A stretch of DNA of 56,376 bases from the NCBI GenBank assembly GCA_964638295.1, contig CAZWYS010000002.1, positions 1 through 56,376 of the forward strand. Reading direction: 5' to 3'. Source of the DNA: an uncultured Dehalococcoidaceae bacterium. GTDB lineage: Bacteria > Chloroflexota > Dehalococcoidia > Dehalococcoidales > RBG-16-60-22. A program made the position numbers and the translations under genes. This document shows, piece by piece, positions 9,296 to 17,603 of this stretch. Under the pieces are notes generated by a model. That model was not told the DNA's origin. It made no database searches and saw only the letters and a list, made by a program, of their open reading frames with translations. How positions within the stretch are numbered: position 1 is the stretch's first letter; the number at the start of each line of letters is the position of its first letter.

Positions 9296-10276
9296 ATGCC
9301 AAAAGTCTTCATCAGCCGAAGGATAGGTCAGGAAGCTATTGACCTGATTACCCCGCATGCCGATGTGAGCGCATGGCAGCAAGAAGAAGCCCCGTCCCGT
9401 GAAGAGCTTTTTCGCCACATAGCCGATAAAGAAGGGCTTCTGCTCTGGCTGGACAAGGTGGACAGCGCCTTTCTGAATGCTGCCCCAAAGCTCAAGGTGA
9501 TCGGGCACCGTGCCATAGGCTTCGATAACATAGATGCCGAAGAGTGCGCCAGGAGAGGCGTAAAAGTAAGCAATGCCCCGCGCGGGGTTGATGAGAGCAC
9601 GGCTGATTTCGCTTTTGCCCTGATGCTGGCATACGCCAGAAAAGTGGTGGAAGCAATCAACACCACCGTCAAAAGAGAATGGAAACAATGGGGCCCCATG
9701 GGGGTGCCTTTACTAGGCGATGATGTCCACCATAAGACACTGGGCATTATCGGGCTGGGGAGAATAGGTGCCGGCGTGGCCAGGCGGGCAAAGGGGTTTT
9801 CAATGAAGGTTCTTTACCATGACATTGTACGCAGTCCGCACGAAGCAGAGCTCGGCACTGAATATATTCAGGACATCCCAACACTGCTTGGCAGGTCTGA
9901 CTTTGTCAGCATTCACGTGCCGCTGAACAAGGAGAATCGGCACCTGATAGGAGCGAAGGAACTCGCCAGCATGAAACCAACCGCAATACTGATTAATACC
10001 GCCAGAGGGAGCGTGGTTGACCAGAAGGCACTCTATGAAGCCCTAAAAAGTAAACAGATACACGGTGCCGCAATAGACGTCACCGAGGAGGAGCCAATCG
10101 CGCCTGATGACCCGCTGCTGACTCTGGACAATATCATTATCTCACCTCATATTGCCGGCGGCAGCCACGCGTCCAGATTACAAATGGACTTACTGGCGGC
10201 GGAGAACGTGGTCGCTGCCTTGAAAGACGAACCCATGCCCAGCTGTGTCAACTGCCACCTGCTGGGCAAAAAGTGA
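9296..10276 (+). CDS. D-isomer-specific 2-hydroxyacid dehydrogenase (glyoxylate/hydroxypyruvate reductase-like)
   Basis: 326 aa. NAD fold GIIGLGRIGAGVARR, and a catalytic R/E/H region (NTARGSVVD...SPHIAG). Confidence 0.9.
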   Translation: MPKVFISRRIGQEAIDLITPHADVSAWQQEEAPSREELFRHIADKEGLLLWLDKVDSAFLNAAPKLKVIGHRAIGFDNIDAEECARRGVKVSNAPRGVDESTADFAFALMLAYARKVVEAINTTVKREWKQWGPMGVPLLGDDVHHKTLGIIGLGRIGAGVARRAKGFSMKVLYHDIVRSPHEAELGTEYIQDIPTLLGRSDFVSIHVPLNKENRHLIGAKELASMKPTAILINTARGSVVDQKALYEALKSKQIHGAAIDVTEEEPIAPDDPLLTLDNIIISPHIAGGSHASRLQMDLLAAENVVAALKDEPMPSCVNCHLLGKK

Positions 10277-10354
10277 GGGAAGTTAACGCCCAGCCTTACG
10301 CCTGTTTATTAGGTTCACCCGTGAAAATATACTAACGGAGATAGTCTGGCAGAG

Positions 10355-11359
10355 TTGAGTAACATGAGCAAAGTGGGCATCATTGCCAACCCGGCCTCGG
10401 GAAAAGACATCAGACGACTGGTGGGATATGCCAGCATTATGGACAACACCGAGAAAATCAATCAACTGAGGAGGCTAATCCTGGGCGTGGATGCCACGGG
10501 GATAAATGAGATTTTAATCATGCCGGATTATTACGGCCTCGGGCAAAGGGCTCTCGGCGGGATAGGGAGAAACAGTATCAGGGCCAAGACATCAATAATA
10601 GACATGCCGGTAACCGGTATGAGCCAAGATTCCACTTTAGCTGCGGAACTGATGGCTGAACTGGAGGTCGGGTGCATCGTCACGCTGGGTGGTGATGGCA
10701 CCAACCGGGACGTAGCCAAAGGAAACCGGACTATCCCTCTGGTCCCGGTCTCCACCGGCACCAATAATGTCTTCCCGGTGATGATTGAGGCAACCTCAGC
10801 CGGACTTGCTGCCGGAATCATTGCCCAAAAATACGTTGATGGTAAGAAAGCCATCCAAACCCAAAAAAGACTGGTTATTATAAAAGATGGTAGCGAAATT
10901 GACATGGCCCTGATTGATGCGGTAGTTTTAAATCAGCTCTTCATTGGTTCCCGAGCCATCTGGAAATTACCCGAGGTAAAACAGATTATCTGCACCAGGG
11001 CCGAGCCAACCAATATGGGCATGACCAGCATCGGAGGAAATTTACATCCCCTGGGAGCAAATGATGAAGACGGGATGTACCTGAAGCTGGGTAACGGGAG
11101 TCTAAAAGTAAAAGCCGCAGTGCTACCTGGTATAATAAGTGAAGTCGGGATTGAGGAGTGGAAAATTTTAGCACCCGGTGAAGAGGTTGAAGTAACTTAC
11201 AAGCCTTCAGTTATCGCGCTGGATGGCGAGAGGGAGATTACAGTAAAGGCTTCCGATAAGATAAAGGTTAAGCTCCAAAGCGATGGACCACCGGTTGTTG
11301 ATATAGGGAGAACTATCAGGGAGGCGGCGGGGAAGGGCTTTTTCAAAAACGAGAGTTGA
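10355..11359 (+). CDS. ATP-NAD kinase-fold protein of the AcoX type
   Basis: 334 aa. GGDGT motif (VTLGGDGTNRD). N-terminus VGIIANPASGKD. Alternative ATG start at 10364. Confidence 0.6.
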   Translation: MSNMSKVGIIANPASGKDIRRLVGYASIMDNTEKINQLRRLILGVDATGINEILIMPDYYGLGQRALGGIGRNSIRAKTSIIDMPVTGMSQDSTLAAELMAELEVGCIVTLGGDGTNRDVAKGNRTIPLVPVSTGTNNVFPVMIEATSAGLAAGIIAQKYVDGKKAIQTQKRLVIIKDGSEIDMALIDAVVLNQLFIGSRAIWKLPEVKQIICTRAEPTNMGMTSIGGNLHPLGANDEDGMYLKLGNGSLKVKAAVLPGIISEVGIEEWKILAPGEEVEVTYKPSVIALDGEREITVKASDKIKVKLQSDGPPVVDIGRTIREAAGKGFFKNES

Positions 11360-11369
11360 GAGGAGAGAA

Positions 11370-12596
11370 ATGGCTACAGAAATAAAGATACCACGTGTCG
11401 GCATGGCGGTGGCGGATGCTACCATAATTGAATGGAAGTTTAAAGAAGGAGAGTGGGTAGAAGAACACCAGGTTGTGGTGGTTATTGAGACCGAAAAGAT
11501 AAGAACTGACGTGGAAGCCGCAGCGTCAGGCTTTGTCCATATCCTGCTCGGGGAAGGCAATACGGCACCGGTGGGCAACGTGATAGGCCTGCTCGCCGAA
11601 ACGAAAGAGGAACTGGCAGCCTTACCGAAAGAAGCACCCGGGGAAATACCAGCCAAAGCCGCTGAGGTAGCGGAGGCTCCACCGGTTGAAGCTGCTCCAC
11701 CAAGAGAGGCAGTCGCCGCGGAAAGAAGGGGGGAAAGGATACGAATTTCCCCGGTTGCCAGAAAGCTGGCTGAGGAACACGCCGTAGACATAACCAAGAT
11801 AGCGGGCACGGGACCCGACGGGAGAATTATCAGGGAAGATATTGAAGAAGCAATCGCTACCAAAGAGGCGGCACCCCCGGTAGAGGTCTCCGCAGAGAGA
11901 AAAGTGAAGACCACCATACCACTTACGGGGATGAGGGGAGCAATCGCTGAGCATATGCACCGAAGCCTCTCCATAGCCGCCCAGCTGACCAGCATGGGCG
12001 AGATAGATATGACCGAGATGGTGAAGCTGCGAAATAATTTCCTTAGTCAGGAAAAGGCTATCGGCACCAGAATTACCTACACCGATATATTCGTTTTCGC
12101 CATTGCTCAGATAATCAAAGACCACCCGATAATCAATTCGGGCATAATAGACAACGAGATTCAAGTCTGGGAAGACATAAACATTGGTGTCGCCGTGGCT
12201 CTGGATGAAGGGCTTATTGTCCCGGTGGTACGGAATGCCGACCAGAAATCTCTTACCGAGATAAGTCAGACGGCACGGACACTGGTGGAAAAAGCAAGAG
12301 CCGGGAAACTGACCGCCGAGGAAATAAGCGGGGGCACATTCACCCTGACCAACCTGGGCACCCTCGGTGGCGGCTGGACTTTTGAGACCGCCATTATAAA
12401 CCAGCCAGAGTCGGCAATTCTGAGAGTCAGCAGCATCACTGATAGAGTGGTAGCCAGGGATGGACAAATGGTAATCAGCCCGATAATGACCTATAGCTTC
12501 ACCTATGACCACCGGGTAATAGATGGCGCGGTGGCAGCCAAATTTATGTCAAGCCTGATTAGCACCCTGGAAAACCCGACCATTTTGTTAGCTTAA
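11370..12596 (+). CDS. Dihydrolipoamide acyltransferase (E2) of a 2-oxoacid/acetoin dehydrogenase complex
   Basis: 408 aa. Single lipoyl domain (IETEKIRTDVEA), Ala/Pro/Glu linker, E3-binding domain (RISPVARKLA), and catalytic motif YDHRVIDGA. Confidence 0.9.
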   Translation: MATEIKIPRVGMAVADATIIEWKFKEGEWVEEHQVVVVIETEKIRTDVEAAASGFVHILLGEGNTAPVGNVIGLLAETKEELAALPKEAPGEIPAKAAEVAEAPPVEAAPPREAVAAERRGERIRISPVARKLAEEHAVDITKIAGTGPDGRIIREDIEEAIATKEAAPPVEVSAERKVKTTIPLTGMRGAIAEHMHRSLSIAAQLTSMGEIDMTEMVKLRNNFLSQEKAIGTRITYTDIFVFAIAQIIKDHPIINSGIIDNEIQVWEDINIGVAVALDEGLIVPVVRNADQKSLTEISQTARTLVEKARAGKLTAEEISGGTFTLTNLGTLGGGWTFETAIINQPESAILRVSSITDRVVARDGQMVISPIMTYSFTYDHRVIDGAVAAKFMSSLISTLENPTILLA

Positions 12597-12612
12597 AAGA
12601 GGGAGGAAACGA

Positions 12613-14016
12613 GTGGAAGAAAGAGATATAGTCGTAATCGGTGGCGGGCCGGCGGGCTATGTCGCCGCAATAAGGGCGGCACAGCTGGGCGGCAAGGTCA
12701 CTGTAATTGAAAACGATAAGCTGGGAGGAACCTGCCTCAATCGGGGATGCATCCCCTCAAAATCCCTGTTACACAGCGTGGAACTCTACCAGACAATGAA
12801 AAATGCCGAGCAATTTGGTATAAAGGCGACGGAGGTCAGCTTTGACCTGGCTAAAATGCAGTCCCGTAAAAGCCGAACCGTGGCCACGCTTGTCGGCGGT
12901 GTCCAGAGCCTCCTGAACGGGAATAAAGTTGAAGTTATCAAAGGACGAGCTACATTAACGCCTTCAAGAGAAGTAGAAGTAGACACCGGGCAGGGAGAGA
13001 AACAGACCATTCGGTCAAAAAAGATTCTTCTGGCTACCGGTGCCAAGCCAATAAAACTACCCATCCCCGGCGCTGATAGCCCCAAGGGAATAATAGATGC
13101 CGAGAGTATCCTTGACCTGGACTACGTGCCCAGGAGTCTGCTGATGATAGGTGGTGGCGTTATCGGGGTGGAGATGGCGACTATACTGGCCAAGCTGGGC
13201 GGCAAGATAACGATAGTGGAGATGCTGCCCCATATCCTGCCCGCAGAAGACGCCGAGCTAACCACCGTCCTGGCGCATGCCCTCAAAGAAGACGGGGTTC
13301 AGCTATACGAGGGAGCCAAGGTCACCAGCATTGAGGATAGCGCGGGAGGAAAGACAGCCACTATCTCTACCGCTGAGGGTGAGCAGAAAGTGAAAACTGA
13401 AATCGTCGCTATTGGCGTGGGCTATATACCAAACGTAGATGGTCTGGGCCTTGACCAGGCTGGGGTGGCAGCGGGCAAGGGTGGAATCCAAGTGAATGAA
13501 CGTATGGAGACCAGTGCGCCCAATATTTACGCCGCCGGCGATGCTATTGGCGGCATAATGCTCGCCTATGTTGCCATGGAAGAAGGAACAGTTGCCGCGG
13601 AAAATGCTCTGGGCAAAAATTCAACCATTGATTATCAGGCAGTCCCCCGATGCACCTTTACGCTGCCGGAACTCGCCAGCGTGGGCCTTACCAAGGAAGA
13701 GGCAACTGCCCAGGGATATCAGGTACAGGTCGGCAAATTCCCCTTCTCCGCCAACAGCATGGCTACTATTCTGGGCGAGAGGCAGGGTCTGATAAAAATA
13801 ATCGCCGAGCAGAAGTACGGTCAGATACTGGGTGTCCACATCGCTGGACCGCGGGCTACCGACCTCATCGCCGAAGCTGCTTTAGCCATGAAGATGGATG
13901 CCACCCCGCAGGAAATTGTCGCCACCGTGCATGCCCACCCTACCCTCTCTGAAGCACTCCGGGAAGCAGCACTGGATGTTAGTGGGGAGACAATACATTT
14001 TCTAGCTAAAAAGTAG
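12613..14016 (+). CDS. lpdA: Dihydrolipoyl dehydrogenase (E3)
   Basis: GTG start, 467 aa. GGGPAGY FAD motif, redox disulfide CLNRGCIPSK, C-terminal HAHPTLSE. Confidence 0.95.
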   Translation: MEERDIVVIGGGPAGYVAAIRAAQLGGKVTVIENDKLGGTCLNRGCIPSKSLLHSVELYQTMKNAEQFGIKATEVSFDLAKMQSRKSRTVATLVGGVQSLLNGNKVEVIKGRATLTPSREVEVDTGQGEKQTIRSKKILLATGAKPIKLPIPGADSPKGIIDAESILDLDYVPRSLLMIGGGVIGVEMATILAKLGGKITIVEMLPHILPAEDAELTTVLAHALKEDGVQLYEGAKVTSIEDSAGGKTATISTAEGEQKVKTEIVAIGVGYIPNVDGLGLDQAGVAAGKGGIQVNERMETSAPNIYAAGDAIGGIMLAYVAMEEGTVAAENALGKNSTIDYQAVPRCTFTLPELASVGLTKEEATAQGYQVQVGKFPFSANSMATILGERQGLIKIIAEQKYGQILGVHIAGPRATDLIAEAALAMKMDATPQEIVATVHAHPTLSEALREAALDVSGETIHFLAKK

Positions 14017-14787
14017 GTGGCAGCTTTGGATAAAATAATGCGGTGTCTCGTTTACCAGCCCGGACTAATTGAATATGGCGAGGCTTATCAACTGCAGAGG
14101 GAACTTCTTGATGAGCGATTGGATGGCCGGATAGCCGACACACTTCTTCTCCTGGAGCATCCGCCCACTATTACCATCGGCAAATCGGGTAAATTAGAGA
14201 ACGTCCTTGCCTCTCCGACACATCTAGCCAGGGAAAAAGTCTCTCTGGTCTTTGTTGACCGGGGAGGCGATGTTACCTATCACGGTCCCGGCCAAATTGT
14301 TGGTTACCCTATTTTTGATTTGAGGGAGCGCGGGAAAGATGCCCATAAATACCTTCATAAGCTGGAGGAAGTGCTGATAAGGACTCTCAACGACTTTTCC
14401 ATAAAGTCGGGCAGAGATAGCAACCACGCCGGGGTCTGGGTGGAAGGTGAAGAGATTGCCGCCATTGGACTCCGGGTTAAAAAATGGATTACCATGCACG
14501 GTTTTGCGCTCAATGTGAACCCGAATCTGGCGCATTTCTCACTGATAAACCCGTGCGGTTTTACCGACCGAAAAGCGACATCCATGGCACACCTGCTCGG
14601 TCAAGAGATACCAATAGCAACAGTAACCGAGAGACTGCTAGCCCATTTTGCCGACGTTTTTAATGTCCGCTTAGAATTGGCAACAGATGAACTGACAAGG
14701 AGTATCGATGAAAGGAAGACTGCCGCCCTGGTTCAAGCAAAAGCTTGCCGACCCGAAAATTATGTCAACTATGCAAGGGCTTCTTGA
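14017..14787 (+). CDS. lipB: Octanoyltransferase LipB
   Basis: Motifs LEHPPTITIGK, RGGDVTYHGPGQ and KKWITMHGFALNV. GTG directly follows the E3 stop; an alternative ATG is at 14038. The 3' end overlaps lipA by 80 nt. Confidence 0.9.
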   Translation: MAALDKIMRCLVYQPGLIEYGEAYQLQRELLDERLDGRIADTLLLLEHPPTITIGKSGKLENVLASPTHLAREKVSLVFVDRGGDVTYHGPGQIVGYPIFDLRERGKDAHKYLHKLEEVLIRTLNDFSIKSGRDSNHAGVWVEGEEIAAIGLRVKKWITMHGFALNVNPNLAHFSLINPCGFTDRKATSMAHLLGQEIPIATVTERLLAHFADVFNVRLELATDELTRSIDERKTAALVQAKACRPENYVNYARAS

Positions 14788-15628
14788 TGGTCTAAACCTG
14801 CATACCATCTGCGAAAGTGCCCGCTGTCCGAATATCCACAAGTGCTTCTCCGAAGGCACCGCCACCTTTCTAATCCTCGGCGATGTATGCAGCCGACGTT
14901 GTACTTTCTGTGCGGTAAAGAAAGGGCACCCTACCCCGGTTGATGAGCAGGAGCCCCGGCATTTACTTGAGGCCGTAGAGAAACTTAACCTGAGCTATAT
15001 CGTCATAACTTCAGTCACCAGGGACGACCTTCCTGACGGGGGCGCCGCCCAATTTGTCAGAGTAATCAATACACTTCACCAGAAGAGGCAAAATACTATT
15101 GTTGAGGTTCTGGTACCAGATTTTCTTGGTTCAGCGGAAGCGCTTAAAATGGTAGTCGAAGCTCACCCCGAGGTTATCAACCATAATATAGAAACTGTTC
15201 CCCGCCTTTACCCGGAGGTCAGGCCGGGTGCGGATTACAAGCGTTCTCTTGAACTTCTCTCCAGGGTGAAAAAACTGGCCCCGGAAATAGCTACCAAGTC
15301 TGGCCTGATGCTGGGATTAGGCGAAACCAGAGAGGAAGTAATTGATGCGATGAATAATCTGAGAGAAGCCAGCTGCGACCTGCTGACCATCGGTCAGTAC
15401 CTGCAGCCTTCCCCCCAGCACCACCCAATAGCCAGATTTATTCCTCCCGAAGAGTTTACCGAATATGAGCATACAGGCAGGGACATGGGATTTGTGCAGG
15501 TTGCCTCGGCGCCTCTGGTAAGAAGTTCCTTTAAAGCCGCTGAACTCTACGCTGAAGCGAGAAGCCAAAGCGGCAACATTAGAATACCTGAGGAGAACGA
15601 AAAAGCTAAAAACCTATCTTTAAAATAG
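14708..15628 (+). CDS. lipA: Lipoyl synthase LipA (radical SAM)
   Basis: N-terminal RLPPWFK, auxiliary cluster CESARCPNIHKC, radical-SAM CSRRCTFC. RBS AAGGAG lies 6 nt upstream. Confidence 0.95.
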   Translation: MKGRLPPWFKQKLADPKIMSTMQGLLDGLNLHTICESARCPNIHKCFSEGTATFLILGDVCSRRCTFCAVKKGHPTPVDEQEPRHLLEAVEKLNLSYIVITSVTRDDLPDGGAAQFVRVINTLHQKRQNTIVEVLVPDFLGSAEALKMVVEAHPEVINHNIETVPRLYPEVRPGADYKRSLELLSRVKKLAPEIATKSGLMLGLGETREEVIDAMNNLREASCDLLTIGQYLQPSPQHHPIARFIPPEEFTEYEHTGRDMGFVQVASAPLVRSSFKAAELYAEARSQSGNIRIPEENEKAKNLSLK

Positions 15629-15650
15629 TTCATAATGAAGGGAGAACGTA

Positions 15651-16445
15651 ATGAGAAAAAACCAACTCAGAGAACTCTTGGACGCGGGGAAGCCAACCAT
15701 CGGCACTCACATGGTAACCATGTCACCTGAGATTGCCGAGGTAATCGGTCATTCCGGTGTTTTCGATTACATTGAGCTAAGCGGACAATATGCCTCCTGG
15801 AGCCTTCCCGCAATAGACAACTTCGCCCGAGCCGTGGAATTGTTCCCCCATATGTCCTCAATGATGAAGGTGGAGCCGGAGCCACGGACATTCATTACCA
15901 CCCGGTCACTGGGAGCCGGGATTCAGAACATACTTTTCGCCGACTGCTATTCAGCGGAAGAGGTCAGGGAGTGTATCCGTGCCGTGAGACCGGCAACGCC
16001 CCAGGACGGCGGATTTCAGGGCTGTGCCGTACGGCGAAGCGGCGGTTACTTCGTTGAAATTGGCAATGAGGCATGGGCCAAGGCTCAGAGGGAAGCAGTG
16101 ATTGCGGTCATGATTGAGAAGGTGAGCGCTATGGAGCAGCTAGAAGAGATACTATCAGTCAAGGGAGTAGATATGGTTCAATTTGGTCCCTGCGACTATG
16201 CCATCAGCTTTGGCAAGCCGGGACAGTGGGAAATTCCCGAAGTACAGGGAAAGGAGCGAGAAATGATAGAGCTCGCGCTAAAGAAGGGCGTCCATCCCCG
16301 AGTGGAAATAGATAGCTTTGAACAGGCGAAGGAATTTATTGACATGGGAGTTCGCCATTTCTGCATTGGTTTTGATTTAGACATCATTTATCAATGGTGC
16401 AAGCAGAATGGGAAGGGTATGCGAAAACTCCTGGCTGACATCTAG
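15651..16445 (+). CDS. Divergent HpcH/HpaI-family aldolase-like protein
   Basis: 264 aa. Family-like N-terminus (LLDAGKPTIGTHM...) and metal-ligand regions MIEK and FGPCDY. The DGEH motif is replaced by SGQY. Confidence 0.65.
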   Translation: MRKNQLRELLDAGKPTIGTHMVTMSPEIAEVIGHSGVFDYIELSGQYASWSLPAIDNFARAVELFPHMSSMMKVEPEPRTFITTRSLGAGIQNILFADCYSAEEVRECIRAVRPATPQDGGFQGCAVRRSGGYFVEIGNEAWAKAQREAVIAVMIEKVSAMEQLEEILSVKGVDMVQFGPCDYAISFGKPGQWEIPEVQGKEREMIELALKKGVHPRVEIDSFEQAKEFIDMGVRHFCIGFDLDIIYQWCKQNGKGMRKLLADI

Positions 16446-16469
16446 CGTAACCTGAGCAGCTTGCATATG

Positions 16470-16498
16470 TTGACAATTAATATCCGTTGTGATAAACT
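16470..16498 (+). promoter_or_regulatory. Promoter of the ribosomal supercluster: TTGACA-N17-TAAACT with TG extension (TGATAAACT)
   Basis: Consensus -35, 17-nt spacer, about 120 nt upstream of the rpsL GTG. Confidence 0.55.
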
Positions 16499-16530
16499 TG
16501 AGTTTTGGTATTTGGTAATCAGCCTTAATT

Positions 16531-16592
16531 GATAGATTGAAGTACATTAGTCAATCTATCGTAACCTTTTTTGGATGAGCCAAGGCTCATCC
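16531..16592 (+). promoter_or_regulatory. Two stem-loops in the rpsL 5' leader
   Basis: Perfect 10-bp hairpin GATAGATTGA-N10-TCAATCTATC (16531-16560), then GTAACCTTTTTT, then an 8-bp hairpin GGATGAGC-CAAG-GCTCATCC (16573-16592). Confidence 0.4.
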
Positions 16593-16620
16593 ATTAAAAT
16601 TGTAGGGCAGGAGGAGAAAA

Positions 16621-17052
16621 GTGCCGACAATCAACCAGCTTATTCGTAAAGGGCGTAAGAGGGTCACCAAGAAGACCAAATCGCCGGCATTGCGTTTTAC
16701 CTACAACGCTTTGAAGAATAGGATGATGGAGGGAAAGGGCTCGCCACAGAAGCGCGGGGTCTGTACTCAGGTCAGGACTACCACCCCCAAAAAGCCCAAT
16801 TCAGCCTTACGCAAAATAGCCAGAGTACGGCTGACTAACACGATGGAAGTAACCGCTTATATTCCCGGCGAGGGGCATGAGTTGCAGGAACACTCGGTAG
16901 TGCTGATTCGCGGCGGAAGAGTGAAAGATTTGCCGGGTGTTCGCTACCACATTGTCCGAGGAGCACTGGACACCAGCGGGGTAGTCAACCGCCACCAGGG
17001 CCGCAGCAAGTATGGAAGCAAACTAGCCAGAGAAAAGGCAGAGACTGCCTAA
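16621..17052 (+). CDS. rpsL: 30S ribosomal protein S12, with an insertion of about 14 aa
   Basis: GTG start with [22 protein letters not shown]...[10 protein letters not shown]...[15 protein letters not shown]. Confidence 0.97.
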   Translation: MPTINQLIRKGRKRVTKKTKSPALRFTYNALKNRMMEGKGSPQKRGVCTQVRTTTPKKPNSALRKIARVRLTNTMEVTAYIPGEGHELQEHSVVLIRGGRVKDLPGVRYHIVRGALDTSGVVNRHQGRSKYGSKLAREKAETA

Positions 17053-17067
17053 ATACGGGAGCTAAAA

Positions 17068-17538
17068 ATGCCAAGACGAGCGCAATCGATAAAAAGAGAA
17101 GTAGCACCAGATGCCAAGTACCATAATGTAACGGTAGCTAAGTTGATTAATAAAATAATGACGAGTGGTAAAAAGAGAACCGCCGAGAGCATTATCTACG
17201 ATGCCATGCAACTACTGGAACAGCAGGCAGGAAAAGACCCGGTTACGGCTCTCGAACAGGCGGTTAAGAATGCCACTCCCCTGCTCGAAGTCAAACCCCG
17301 CCGTGTCGGCGGAGCTACCTATCAGGTGCCAGTGGAAGTTCGGCCAGAACGCGGTCTCTTTCTGGCTTTAACCTGGCTGTTAAAATCATCCCGAGCCAGG
17401 AGAGGTAAATCTATGACCGCAAGGCTGGCGGATGAACTCTTTGATGCTTTGCAGGGGCAAGGCACAACGATTAAAAAGCGTGAGGACACGCATAAGATGG
17501 CTGAGGCCAATAGAGCCTTTGCCCACTATAGATGGTAG
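17068..17538 (+). CDS. rpsG: 30S ribosomal protein S7
   Basis: 156 aa, MPRRAQ...; follows rpsL. Confidence 0.97.
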   Translation: MPRRAQSIKREVAPDAKYHNVTVAKLINKIMTSGKKRTAESIIYDAMQLLEQQAGKDPVTALEQAVKNATPLLEVKPRRVGGATYQVPVEVRPERGLFLALTWLLKSSRARRGKSMTARLADELFDALQGQGTTIKKREDTHKMAEANRAFAHYRW

Positions 17539-17603
17539 AGAGGTTAGCTATTACTAGTTCCAATGTTACACTAAAAAGACCAATATCAACCGAGGCGAGA
17601 ACC

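Noticed and set aside
11207-12512. 262-aa and 296-aa minus-strand ORFs opposite the E2 gene
   Set aside because: They are antisense images of the Ala/Pro/Glu linker and catalytic domain of E2. The Ala/Ser-rich low-complexity translation and lack of independent signals mark them as shadow ORFs.
17532-17603. ORF-track N-terminal extensions of fusA (17532), rpsJ (19450), rplM (35895), M42 peptidase (7269), PMM (38295), corrinoid protein (54954) and UroD-type methyltransferase (54209)
   Set aside because: In each case the extension overlaps the preceding gene or a promoter and is not family-like. A downstream start with an RBS reproduces the canonical N-terminus.
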